DNA from: an uncultured delta proteobacterium
GTDB lineage: Bacteria > Desulfobacterota > Desulfobacteria > Desulfobacterales > B30-G6
Reading direction: 5' to 3'
Assembly (NCBI GenBank): GCA_963823335.1
Contig: CAWGLD010000001.1
Span: 1,856,001-1,920,000, forward strand
DNA length: 64,000 nucleotides
Part shown: piece after piece, positions 35,778 through 47,158 of the stretch
Layout of the letters: each line of letters begins with the position of its first letter
How positions within the stretch are numbered: the stretch's first letter is position 1
Notes under the pieces: generated by a model
What the model was told of the DNA's origin: nothing
Seen by the model: only the letters and a program-made list of their open reading frames with translations
The model's database searches: none
Position numbers and translations under genes: made by a program

Positions 35778-36617
35778 ATGAACAGTTCTGAATTATTGTC
35801 TGTCGTAACATTTGGTTATGGGATAGCAGCGACGCTGTATCTGGTTTCGTGGATATTTCAAAAACCATTCCCCAGCCAGCTTGCCAAAGGGGCTGCCATT
35901 TTGACGGTCATCGCTAATCTGGCTGGATTTTTCATGCGTTGGGCAGAGTCGTATGAACTTGGCATTGGCCATGCTCCCTTGTCGAACATGTATGAATCGC
36001 TGGTTTTTTTCGCTCTGACCATCGGTGTTATCTACCTGTTCATCGAAATCCGTTATCGAAACCCCGTGATCGGGGTTTTTGCGACACCGATTGCGTGTCT
36101 GGCTATGGCTTATGCGTCCATGTCTCCCAATGTCAGCGATCGCATCCAGCCACTGGTTCCGGCCTTGAAGAGCAACTGGCTCATTGCGCACGTTTTTACC
36201 TGCTTCTTTGGTTATGCCGCCTTTACAATCGCGTTTGGTGTCAGCATCATGTATTTGTTAAAGCAACAGGAGCGCACGGATGGAACGGGACTGCTGGTAA
36301 GGCTTCCGCACTTGAATATACTGGATGACCTGACCCACCGCATGGTTTTGTTCGGGTTTCTGTTCCTTTCCGTCGGTATCATTACCGGGGCTGTATGGGC
36401 CAACTCGGCCTGGGGGAGTTATTGGTCCTGGGACCCCAAGGAAACCTGGTCTCTCATTACCTGGTTTGTCTATGCAACGCTTCTGCATGCCAGGCTGGTA
36501 CGGGGGTGGCACGGCAGAAAGATTGCCTACCTTTCGATTGTCGGGTTCATGGCCATGCTGTTTACCTACTTTGGTGTGAACTACCTGCCGGGGCTGCACA
36601 GTTACGGTTCCTTCTAA
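35778..36617 (+). CDS. ccsA: cytochrome c biogenesis protein CcsA/ResC
   Basis: HAPLSNMYES, PALKSNWLIAH, WWD motif WANSAWGSYWSWDPKETW, GLHSYG. Confidence 0.96.
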   Translation: MNSSELLSVVTFGYGIAATLYLVSWIFQKPFPSQLAKGAAILTVIANLAGFFMRWAESYELGIGHAPLSNMYESLVFFALTIGVIYLFIEIRYRNPVIGVFATPIACLAMAYASMSPNVSDRIQPLVPALKSNWLIAHVFTCFFGYAAFTIAFGVSIMYLLKQQERTDGTGLLVRLPHLNILDDLTHRMVLFGFLFLSVGIITGAVWANSAWGSYWSWDPKETWSLITWFVYATLLHARLVRGWHGRKIAYLSIVGFMAMLFTYFGVNYLPGLHSYGSF

Positions 36618-36642
36618 AAGGTATTTTACACTTGGAGGGATA

Positions 36643-36960
36643 ATGATTGAAATTCATCTGTATGGCAAATTACGTGAGGTGCTGGGCGATGACATTCTTT
36701 CAGAAAGCAACGTTCTGAGGCTTTCTCCCGAACCCGGTGAAACTATGGCATCTGTTTTGGTGCGTATCGGCATATCGTCGGGAGATGTCTACAGTCTTTT
36801 TCTGAACGCCAGACTGCTGGCTGCCCGAAGCAATATGGCGCGCTGGCTCGGATACCAGCAGGCTGGGGTTGATCCCTTGTCCTGGGATCTGAATGTTCCG
36901 GTTTCTTCAGGTGATCGAATCGGTGTTTTCGGGCGCGACATGGCTGCCCTGGTGGTATAG
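36643..36960 (+). CDS. MoaD/ThiS-like beta-grasp protein lacking a C-terminal GG
   Basis: IEIHLYGKLRE, LFLN, GDRIGVFG; SD GGAGG; ends GRDMAALVV. Confidence 0.65.
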   Translation: MIEIHLYGKLREVLGDDILSESNVLRLSPEPGETMASVLVRIGISSGDVYSLFLNARLLAARSNMARWLGYQQAGVDPLSWDLNVPVSSGDRIGVFGRDMAALVV

Positions 36961-37071
36961 AGGTGAGCGATATGCCTGGTGACACCATCTTTAAAAGGCT
37001 TGGATGGAATGATGTTTGATCAGGTACTTGCGTTGACGCTTCTGCCTGAAGGTCAATCCTTCAAAAAGGAA

Positions 37072-40032
37072 TTATCTGGTGCTGTGCGGGGACAGGGGTG
37101 AGAAATCGAACAGCAGGATTTCCTTCTCGAGAATAAGGTTGTCGCGATTGATCTGCAAGGGATAGCTGCGCCCCGGATCCGCGGTGAAAAGCCCGTATCT
37201 CAAATCGGCCAGGGAGTGTATGACAATATGGTTGAAGCGGGTAATGATGTCATCTTTTTCCAGACCGGACCTTTGGGCGGGGCTGTTATCTGCCACGCTC
37301 TTAACCAGAAGCCCCGTTTCTGTATTTTCCACGGCAACGCCCAGTTTTGACGATCGGGCCCCTTCGATTTTGTTGGTCTGCAGCACATAGTCCGCGATAC
37401 CGTTTTCCAGGGTTTCGTCCTGCAGTATAATGACGGAAGAGGTCATGATACGACGGTGGAGCCGCTTGGGAATCCCATAACCATGCCGCAGATGGCCATT
37501 GCCTGCCAGAACAATCAGTTTTCGTTGGGGGAATTTCTGGAGAAACCGATACGCCGTCTCGGCCATTGTTTCATCCCACAAGACCTGTGCCTGATAGAAA
37601 TAATTGAAGGTTTGGAGAGCTTCCTGGTCCTTGTGAAGGGTAAAGACTTCTCTCAGATCATAGGCATAACGATTATCAGAAAAATCAAGATCTTCAGGTA
37701 TGAGATCTTGATCTGCAGGGTCAAGCCCGTCAATTCCGGATCGAGATACCTGCCGGGTGATTTTCTCGGGCAAATTGAGCGCGACCAGAGGGATGTGATT
37801 TGTTTTGATGAAATCGATGATGGGTTTGTAAAGATGAAAGTCGTAGCCCCATTCTTCAAAATAGTGGGTCTGATTGAGAAATGCCTGCTCATCGATATCA
37901 TCAGAGAGATAGGCATCGATAATACTCTGAAAGGGTTTCTTGAACATTTCCATACCGACACCGAAATCAGCGCCGGCTTCGTGGAACTTCTGGATGATCT
38001 GAAGTTGGTTGATATGGTGTTCGAACCGATTATGTTGCTCCCCGACAAAGATGACCCGTTTGTCCATAAGCTCCGGGATAATCTTGTCGAGGGTTGGCAT
38101 TTGGCCCGGCAAGACGGCCGTGGTGGGTGTTGGTTCGAAAATGACGATGCCATTTTGGGTCTCGGCAAGCTCTTTGTGGATATTGTGGCCCTGGTTGAAT
38201 GCCAGATCCGAATACTGACCGTAATGGCGCAGCTTTTGCCGGATGGCTTCTGCTTCAGCCTTGTTGGTAACATCGGCCAGCAGAATCCGTTGGGCCGCAT
38301 GGAAGGGGTTTTTGAAAATTCTCAGACGAACACCCGCCCCGGGCGGGTCCAATTTCCCGAACAGCCTTTTTGCGAGCTCGCTGTTGGAATCGGCGATGAG
38401 AAGATTCTGTTCATTCAGGCCGGTGATTTGTATTTTGTCGGATGTCATGTAGATGATGTCCGGAATAGCGAGTGCCTCCATAAGGGGTTGGAAGCTGTCT
38501 CTTTTTTCGGGCGGAACAACTGCCACGATCTCAGGGTTCCCCAATAGGGCGGCCAGCACCGGCGGTGTTTCGGCCTCGGTAAGGTGGCGCATGACATGAT
38601 AGTGCTCATCCAGAACTACGCTGGAGGGGAGTGCCTCCAGGGGCAGGTCGATGTTTCCGGAGGTTATCTTGTCGATCAACCTCACAGATACTGTATCATC
38701 GGTGTAAATCGATATGGGTAGTGTCAATGGCGGTGGGTCTGGTTCACGGTTTAGATCGAATGCCAGGTGTAGTTTTCCTTTGTTCACGGAAAGGTGGGCA
38801 TTTTCGATGTCAAGCACGGGTATGTCGTTTGAGCTCAGCCAGGCAGCAAAGGTTTCTTCCAGGGGTACTCCCGCAATCGTTTCAAACGATGTCTGTACAT
38901 CCTGCCACGATGCCCTGCGAAAGAGATGTTGTTGGAAAAAATCCCTCAGGGCAAGACGGAATCGATCCGGGCCGAGACGATTTTGAAGCTCATGAAAAAA
39001 CATGGCGGCTTTGCCATAGCCGATCACCCCCTCGGAACGGTTTCTGCGATATTGGAAAGCGCTCAAAGGGATGACGGTCTCCGGCCGGATATAGGCCTTG
39101 TAATCCACCATGATCTGTTTTCGATAGGCAGTGTCCCGGCCATCTTCGGCGGCAGTGTCATGGTCTGACAGATAGGTGGTGAGTCCTTCTGCCCAGTTAC
39201 CATATGTGCTGTCGATATAAACAGCATTTCCGAACCATTGATGAAGTATCTCGTGTCCCAATGAGGTCTTGACGATGAAGGGCAGGCGGACGACATCTCT
39301 GCCCAGCAGGGTAAAGGTTGGCAGGGATATGCCTGTGGGGAGGATGTTTTCCACAATGGCAAAGCGGCGGTAGGGGTAAAAAGTCAGCAGTTCCTGATAT
39401 TTCTGCAAGAATGCAATAGCATGGCGGATGTAAATTTCAGCCAGACCGGCATCTTCCTCAAAAAAACAGGCTTCTATTTCGATGCCTTGGTAATAGTCTC
39501 TTTGAACCGTAAATCGGCTCGAAGCCACTAGATGAACCGCATCCACAGGATGCTGAAAATCAAACGTATAGGTGGCCATACTGCCCGATCGTTCTCGATG
39601 GATGGTGTCGGCTTCCGATACAGCGACGAATTCGTGGGGAATCTTCAGGGTCAGTCGATATTCGGCCAGAGACGAAGGCAGGGGATACCAATGATTGGTC
39701 AGGAAAACATGTTCCGTATCCAGGAAAGACTCTGTCATATCCGTCGATAAGACCTGAAATGAGAGGTGTGTTTCCACACCTTTGGTCACTTTCATTACCA
39801 TGGTGTTTTCAGATTGTGTTATGACGCTGCCCGTGTGAACAATGAGATTGTCAAGGTTCGTTATGCCGAGGGTTACTTGCCTGTCATGTTGTGACGATAT
39901 GTGTGCCGTGCCGGAAATTATTTTTCGAGAGGGGTCGATATGGACATCCAGGGCATAGCGCAGATCTGCACACAGACCGGTTGCAGGTATTGTGAGCAGA
40001 CAAGCGATTATCAGTCTTTGTATGATCCGCAT
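37072..40032 (-). CDS. secreted M1-family aminopeptidase - ChaN-like - PDZ fusion protein
   Basis: Signal peptide; HEILHQWFGN...NWAEGL and YGKAAM (M1); FVGEQH..GMEMF..QVLWDETMA..GNGH (ChaN/EreA-like); SPAQRSGLEKDDII (PDZ). Confidence 0.85.
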   Translation of the reverse strand: MRIIQRLIIACLLTIPATGLCADLRYALDVHIDPSRKIISGTAHISSQHDRQVTLGITNLDNLIVHTGSVITQSENTMVMKVTKGVETHLSFQVLSTDMTESFLDTEHVFLTNHWYPLPSSLAEYRLTLKIPHEFVAVSEADTIHRERSGSMATYTFDFQHPVDAVHLVASSRFTVQRDYYQGIEIEACFFEEDAGLAEIYIRHAIAFLQKYQELLTFYPYRRFAIVENILPTGISLPTFTLLGRDVVRLPFIVKTSLGHEILHQWFGNAVYIDSTYGNWAEGLTTYLSDHDTAAEDGRDTAYRKQIMVDYKAYIRPETVIPLSAFQYRRNRSEGVIGYGKAAMFFHELQNRLGPDRFRLALRDFFQQHLFRRASWQDVQTSFETIAGVPLEETFAAWLSSNDIPVLDIENAHLSVNKGKLHLAFDLNREPDPPPLTLPISIYTDDTVSVRLIDKITSGNIDLPLEALPSSVVLDEHYHVMRHLTEAETPPVLAALLGNPEIVAVVPPEKRDSFQPLMEALAIPDIIYMTSDKIQITGLNEQNLLIADSNSELAKRLFGKLDPPGAGVRLRIFKNPFHAAQRILLADVTNKAEAEAIRQKLRHYGQYSDLAFNQGHNIHKELAETQNGIVIFEPTPTTAVLPGQMPTLDKIIPELMDKRVIFVGEQHNRFEHHINQLQIIQKFHEAGADFGVGMEMFKKPFQSIIDAYLSDDIDEQAFLNQTHYFEEWGYDFHLYKPIIDFIKTNHIPLVALNLPEKITRQVSRSGIDGLDPADQDLIPEDLDFSDNRYAYDLREVFTLHKDQEALQTFNYFYQAQVLWDETMAETAYRFLQKFPQRKLIVLAGNGHLRHGYGIPKRLHRRIMTSSVIILQDETLENGIADYVLQTNKIEGARSSKLGVAVENTETGLLVKSVADNSPAQRSGLEKDDIITRFNHIVIHSLADLRYGLFTADPGRSYPLQINRDNLILEKEILLFDFSPLSPHSTR

Positions 40033-40042
40033 GGATTTGTTC

Positions 40043-40498
40043 TTACGATTTTATTTCCTGAAGTGTTTCAATGTGCTGGTATTCTTCGGCAATAATCTGG
40101 TCGAGGATTTTAAGAACCTTCCGGTCTTTGATAAAGGTTCGCAGCATCTCATAGAACAGGATGCCGTCTTTTTCGAACTCGATAAAAATGTTTAGGAGCT
40201 TGCGCATGTCGCCCACTTCAGTGAAATCGATGTCCTGCAGCGTAAAACTCTGTTTGCCGATGATATCGTGCAGTATATCACTGTTCATATCATTCACGGT
40301 AATGCTGTTTTTATGGGTGTCAGGATCGGATTGCAATTTCATGAACCATTCTGCGTGACGGGCTTCCTCGTCCGCCATCCAGGTCAAGCGTTTGGCCATG
40401 TCCGGGTTCATTAAATCCTGAACAGCCCGGCGATAGACGGCTTCACCGTTTTGTTCTAGCTTGAGTGCCATGTCCAATATTTCTTTGGAGGTAAACAT
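40043..40498 (-). CDS. ferritin-like (rubrerythrin-type diiron) protein
   Basis: ALKLEQNGEAVY..EEARH and FEKDGILFY..EEYQH repeats. Confidence 0.85.
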   Translation of the reverse strand: MFTSKEILDMALKLEQNGEAVYRRAVQDLMNPDMAKRLTWMADEEARHAEWFMKLQSDPDTHKNSITVNDMNSDILHDIIGKQSFTLQDIDFTEVGDMRKLLNIFIEFEKDGILFYEMLRTFIKDRKVLKILDQIIAEEYQHIETLQEIKS

Positions 40499-40623
40499 AG
40501 ATTTCCATCCTTGGTCAAAAATCTGCTTGATATTCAAGATCGAAGGCTTAGAGTGATAGAATAAATACTTGATTTTGAACGAAATGGCAAAAGAAACTTT
40601 ATAATGAACAAAGGGACCATGGG

Positions 40624-41757
40624 ATGCGAAAACTCATCTTTGGCATATTGCTTCTGACGGTTGTTGGAATCGGTCTGCTACACATAGTTACACCTGGTGA
40701 GCTTGTTTTCTATCATGATACCTATCGGCGTCTGAGCTATTTCCCCATAGCGGTAGGGGCGATTCTCTTTGGTGTCACGGGTGGTCTGACACTGGCTATC
40801 CTGACGTCCCTGGCATTTATTCCCCATATTCTTCTATTTATAGGTGCAGGGGCTGACGCATATCTCAGTGAATTGACCGAGATTCTGCTCTACCTTGCCG
40901 TGGCTGTGGTTATCGGGTTTATCGCATCCAGAGAGCGGCGCTTGCGGGAAGAGTATGAGCGCTTGTCCGCAAAGCTGAAACGCTCTTATGCCACTCTTCA
41001 CAGTGAGACCGAACTTCTGTTGGAAGTGGAAGAACAGCTGAAAGCCAGTCAAAAGCTGTCGATTCTTGGCAATCTATCAGCCTCTCTGGCTCATGAGATA
41101 AAAAATCCCCTGGGCTCCATAAAGGGAACCGCCGAGATTCTTCTGGATGATTTTCCAGAGGGTCATCCCAAGCATGAGTTTGTCAAAATCCTGATACAGG
41201 AGGTGGACAGACTCAATCTGTCTGTGGATGAGGTTCTCAGATTTTCCAGGCCGCCCCAGAAAGTCGAACGCAAAAGAGACTGGGAACCCCTGCCAAACGT
41301 CATCAAACGTGTTTTCGATCTGACAAAGAACAGAATAGACAAAAAAAATCTTGTATTCGGGCTGACAAAAATTGATGACTGCGAGGAGTGCCTCGTGGAT
41401 GGCCATCACTATTCACAGGTGTTGTTGAATATCGTGTTAAATGCCGTCGATGCCGTGGAAAACGACGGTCGTGTGGAGATCGGATGTCAACGGGTGGCGG
41501 GGTCGTGGGCTGTGGTTTCCATTTCAGACGATGGCCCGGGTGTTGCTGACGCTGATCTGGAAAGGGTGTTTGAGCCGTTTTATTCCAGAAAAGAGACCGG
41601 AACGGGTCTTGGCCTGTCCATCAGTAAGAAGATCGTCGAGAGCTATGGAGGCAAATTGGATATCCAAGCTTCCAGATGGGGCGGGGCCTGCTTCAAGGTG
41701 TGGGTGCCGCTGTCCTCACCAACCACCTATTTGCCGGACCAGGGGTCTGACGTGTAA
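40624..41757 (+). CDS. membrane-bound sensor histidine kinase
   Basis: N-terminal TM helices, LAHEIKNPL, NAVDA, DDGPG, GTGLGL. Confidence 0.93.
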   Translation: MRKLIFGILLLTVVGIGLLHIVTPGELVFYHDTYRRLSYFPIAVGAILFGVTGGLTLAILTSLAFIPHILLFIGAGADAYLSELTEILLYLAVAVVIGFIASRERRLREEYERLSAKLKRSYATLHSETELLLEVEEQLKASQKLSILGNLSASLAHEIKNPLGSIKGTAEILLDDFPEGHPKHEFVKILIQEVDRLNLSVDEVLRFSRPPQKVERKRDWEPLPNVIKRVFDLTKNRIDKKNLVFGLTKIDDCEECLVDGHHYSQVLLNIVLNAVDAVENDGRVEIGCQRVAGSWAVVSISDDGPGVADADLERVFEPFYSRKETGTGLGLSISKKIVESYGGKLDIQASRWGGACFKVWVPLSSPTTYLPDQGSDV

Positions 41758-41803
41758 GACATACGCATGGTTTCTCAAAAAATCATGTCAGAGAGGTATT
41801 GCA

Positions 41804-43144
41804 ATGCCTGCCAAAATATTGATTATCGATGACGATAAAAGCCTGCTGCGGGTGACGGAATACAATTTAAGCGATGTCGGTTTTATGGTGGACACGGCAG
41901 CTTCAGGTATCGCTGGTTTGGAAAAATTCAGGAAGAACCTGCCGGACCTGGTTATCACGGATGTCAAACTGGGCGACATGACCGGTCTGGAGGTTTTAGA
42001 ATCCATCAAACGGGAATCACCTGATACCCCGGTAATTGTCTTCACGGCCTTTGGATCCATCGATCTGGCTGTAAGGGCCATGCAAAAAGGGGCTTTCCAT
42101 TTTATCACCAAACCCTTTGATCGGGAGACCTTGAGGCAGTCCTGCTGGAAAGCGCTGGAACTGCGGACACTCAAAGAACAGAATCGATTTCTTTCGGCGG
42201 AGGTTGACCGCCTTACCGGCACAACCGGGATCGAAACCGCTAGTGCCACCATGCGTGACCTTCTGGATACCGCCATCAAGGTTGCAAACAGCGAAGCGAC
42301 CGTGCTGATCACGGGGGAGTCCGGTACTGGAAAAGAGGTTCTGGCCCGTTTGATCCACATGAGCAGTCATCGCGGGGGTCATCCCATGGTCACTGTCAAT
42401 TGTGCGGCCATTCCGGAAAATTTGATTGAAAGTGAGTTGTTTGGCCATGTAAAGGGGGCCTTCACAGGTGCCATCGCTGATAGAAAAGGACGATTTCAGG
42501 CAGCATCCACTGGAACACTCTTTCTGGACGAAATTGCAGAGCTCAAACTCGACATGCAGGCCAAACTGCTGCGGGTGATTCAGGAGCGGGAAGTGGAACC
42601 CGTGGGATCTGAAAAGCGTGAAACAGTTGACATCAGAATCGTTGCCGCCACCAACAAGGACCTGGTGCATCTGGTTCAGAAAGGAATGTTTCGTGAAGAT
42701 CTTTTCTATCGTCTCAGTGTGATCCCCCTCCACATTCCACCACTGCGGGAGCGTACGGAAGATATCGAACAACTGCTATCTCATTTTCTGAAACAGTTTA
42801 ATGCACCCCCTGGCGTGCATTTCAGCCAGTCAGCCCTGACTGAGATGAAGATGTATGACTGGCCCGGAAATATCCGTGAGCTGCAGAATATGGTGGAGCG
42901 GTGTGTGATCCTGAGACAAGACCTCGCCATCGGGGTATCCGATCTGAAACTCAAGCCCATGGATACCTGCAAAGAAACAGAGATTCCCGAGATTCCCGCC
43001 GGCGGTCTTTCGCTCGAATCCATGGAAAAAGGACTTGTCCTTAAAGCACTTCAAAAGAGTGGTGGAAACCGGTCGGAAGCTGCCAGGCTTCTGCATATCC
43101 CCAGGCATGTGCTGATATACCGTATCGAAAAATATGGGTTATAG
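41804..43144 (+). CDS. sigma-54-dependent response regulator (NtrC family)
   Basis: REC (IIDDD, TDVKL, KPFD), GESGTGKE, GAFTGA, WPGNIRELQN, HTH. Confidence 0.95.
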   Translation: MPAKILIIDDDKSLLRVTEYNLSDVGFMVDTAASGIAGLEKFRKNLPDLVITDVKLGDMTGLEVLESIKRESPDTPVIVFTAFGSIDLAVRAMQKGAFHFITKPFDRETLRQSCWKALELRTLKEQNRFLSAEVDRLTGTTGIETASATMRDLLDTAIKVANSEATVLITGESGTGKEVLARLIHMSSHRGGHPMVTVNCAAIPENLIESELFGHVKGAFTGAIADRKGRFQAASTGTLFLDEIAELKLDMQAKLLRVIQEREVEPVGSEKRETVDIRIVAATNKDLVHLVQKGMFREDLFYRLSVIPLHIPPLRERTEDIEQLLSHFLKQFNAPPGVHFSQSALTEMKMYDWPGNIRELQNMVERCVILRQDLAIGVSDLKLKPMDTCKETEIPEIPAGGLSLESMEKGLVLKALQKSGGNRSEAARLLHIPRHVLIYRIEKYGL

Positions 43145-43263
43145 CCCAGCAATGTACCATAGCCGCTCAAGCAATTTCGGAACCAAAGGATTTGCATCAA
43201 ATGACTTGATATGATATTTGGTTCTTCTCCAAAAAGACAGTGCAACCCAGAAAGGATATCCGT

Positions 43264-44184
43264 ATGGGCAAGGTCATCCTAACAGCAGCGATTACCGGAG
43301 GGATTCATACGCCAAGCATGTCTCCCCATCTTCCGATTACACCCCAGCAGATCGTTGACGATGCGGTGGGTGCCTGGCAAGCTGGCGCCGCCATTGTCCA
43401 CATCCACGCCCGTGACCCGGAAACCGGCAAACCGTCATCCGATACAAGGCTGTTTGGAGAAATTATTTCCCAAATCAAGACCCGATCCGATCTCGTGGTT
43501 TGTATTACCACTGGCGGTGGGTTGGGTCAGACAACTGAGGAGCGGGTTGCCGCGGTCAAGGCATACAGCCCGGAACTTGCATCACTCAATGCGGGATCTC
43601 TCAACTTTGCCCTTTTTCATGCCCTGGATGCTTACAAAGAATTCAAACATGATTGGGAAAACACATATCTGAATATGACGGAAGATTATATTTTCCCAAA
43701 CACGTTCAGGACATTGCGAGAATTTAATCAGCACTTCAGCAAGGAAGGCACAAAACCCGAGTTTGAGGTCTATGATGTCGGGATGATAAACAACCTGGCA
43801 TTTCTTATTGAAAAGGGTCATGTTAAAAAACCGGTATATATCCAGTTTGTGATGGGGATTCTGGGTGGTATTCCGGCTACGATGAATAATCTGCAATTTC
43901 TGTACAATACCGCCAGGGATGCCATCGGGGATTTTCAGTGGTCGGTGTGTGCTGCCGGAAAACACCAGTTCAGAATGTGTACCGGTGCCCTGCTTATGGG
44001 AGGCAATGCAAGGGTGGGGCTCGAGGACAATCTTTTCCTGGAGAAGGGTGTGAAGGCCAAAAGCAGTGCCGAACAAGTGGCGAAGATCGTTCGAATCGCC
44101 AGGGAACTGGGTGTCGAGCCGGCAACACCTGACGAGGCGCGTCAACTGTTGCATCTCAAAGGACTGGATAAGGTCCGGTTCTAG
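43264..44184 (+). CDS. beta-keto acid cleavage enzyme (BKACE / DUF849, Kce family)
   Basis: TAAITG, LPITP, AGAAIVHIHARD, PELASLN, KPEFEVYD, RVGLEDN. Confidence 0.93.
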   Translation: MGKVILTAAITGGIHTPSMSPHLPITPQQIVDDAVGAWQAGAAIVHIHARDPETGKPSSDTRLFGEIISQIKTRSDLVVCITTGGGLGQTTEERVAAVKAYSPELASLNAGSLNFALFHALDAYKEFKHDWENTYLNMTEDYIFPNTFRTLREFNQHFSKEGTKPEFEVYDVGMINNLAFLIEKGHVKKPVYIQFVMGILGGIPATMNNLQFLYNTARDAIGDFQWSVCAAGKHQFRMCTGALLMGGNARVGLEDNLFLEKGVKAKSSAEQVAKIVRIARELGVEPATPDEARQLLHLKGLDKVRF

Positions 44185-44222
44185 GCCGTGCTAGGTATAG
44201 ATAAATATTGAAAGGAGTGATC

Positions 44223-46178
<1,956 letters not shown>

Positions 46179-46199
46179 AACCTATCTTTAAAGTATCTT

Positions 46200-47145
46200 T
46201 TGCCCAATCGTTCTCCTGTATCTGCGAATAATCTTGTGGGTATTCGTCCAAGCATTGGACTCGTAAGTCGTAATGGAATCATCCCCTATTCCTTTACCCA
46301 GGACACGGCAGGACCCATCTGCAGGACGGTTGAGGATGCTGTGCGCGTGTTGGATGTGATTGCGGGGTATGATCAAGCAGATGACGAAACAGCCTGGTCC
46401 ATCAATCGAAAACCAATATCTTATATGGGGTGTTTGAAAGAGGATGGACTTAAAGAGAAACGCATTGGTGTCCTGGAAAGTTTCTTTGGTATGGATGCTA
46501 TTCATAAAGATACGAACAAGGCTGTGAAAAGCAGTATTGAGACCATGCAAAAACAAGGTGCCGAGATGGTATCTTTAAACGGCAGAGATTGATTCCGACC
46601 ATCTTGTCAATGACGTCAGTGTTCACCTGCACGATCTTAAAGATCATCTGAACGTTTACCTGGGAGATCTTCCAGAGCAGGCTTGCGTCCATTCGGTTGA
46701 AGAAATTCTGGTGTCAGGTAAATACCATGCAGGTATCGAAGAAAACTTGAAGAAGGCAATGGTTTTAAGTACCGGGACAGCGGAGTACAATAAACGACTT
46801 GTCGAAAGAAATAAGCTTCAAACCCGGGTTATGAAACTGATTGCCGATTACCAGTTGGATGCACTGGTTTATCCACATCAAAAGCAGTTGGTATGCAAGG
46901 TTGGTGGAAGCCAAAATGAGCGCAATGGGGTTTTAGGCTCTGTAACGGGATTTCCGTCAATCTGTGTTCAGGCCGGCTTTTCAACCCCTTCGGAAACAGC
47001 ACCCATTGGTGTACCCATCGGCATGGAAATTTTAGGGCGACCTTTCAGTGAAGCAACGCTCATCGAAATCGCCTATGGTTTTGAACAGGCAACACACCAC
47101 CGTAAGCCACCATTAAGTGTGCCACCACTTGGCGGCAAAACTTGA
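46200..47145 (+). pseudogene. amidase-signature family remnant (5'-truncated, frameshifted near 46580)
   Basis: SANNLVGIRPSIGLVSRNGIIP..QDTAGP.. continues in the +1 frame (EIDSDHLV...GFPSI..GVPIGMEILGRPFSEATL). The N-terminal catalytic Lys and GGSS region are absent. Confidence 0.8.
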
Positions 47146-47158
47146 TCATAAAGGAACA

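Noticed and set aside
37456-38547. 363-aa plus-strand ORF and other long antisense ORFs (e.g. 24586-25413, 42017-42772, 60647-61405)
   Set aside because: They lie antisense to well-supported genes and have no recognisable motifs; shadow ORFs.
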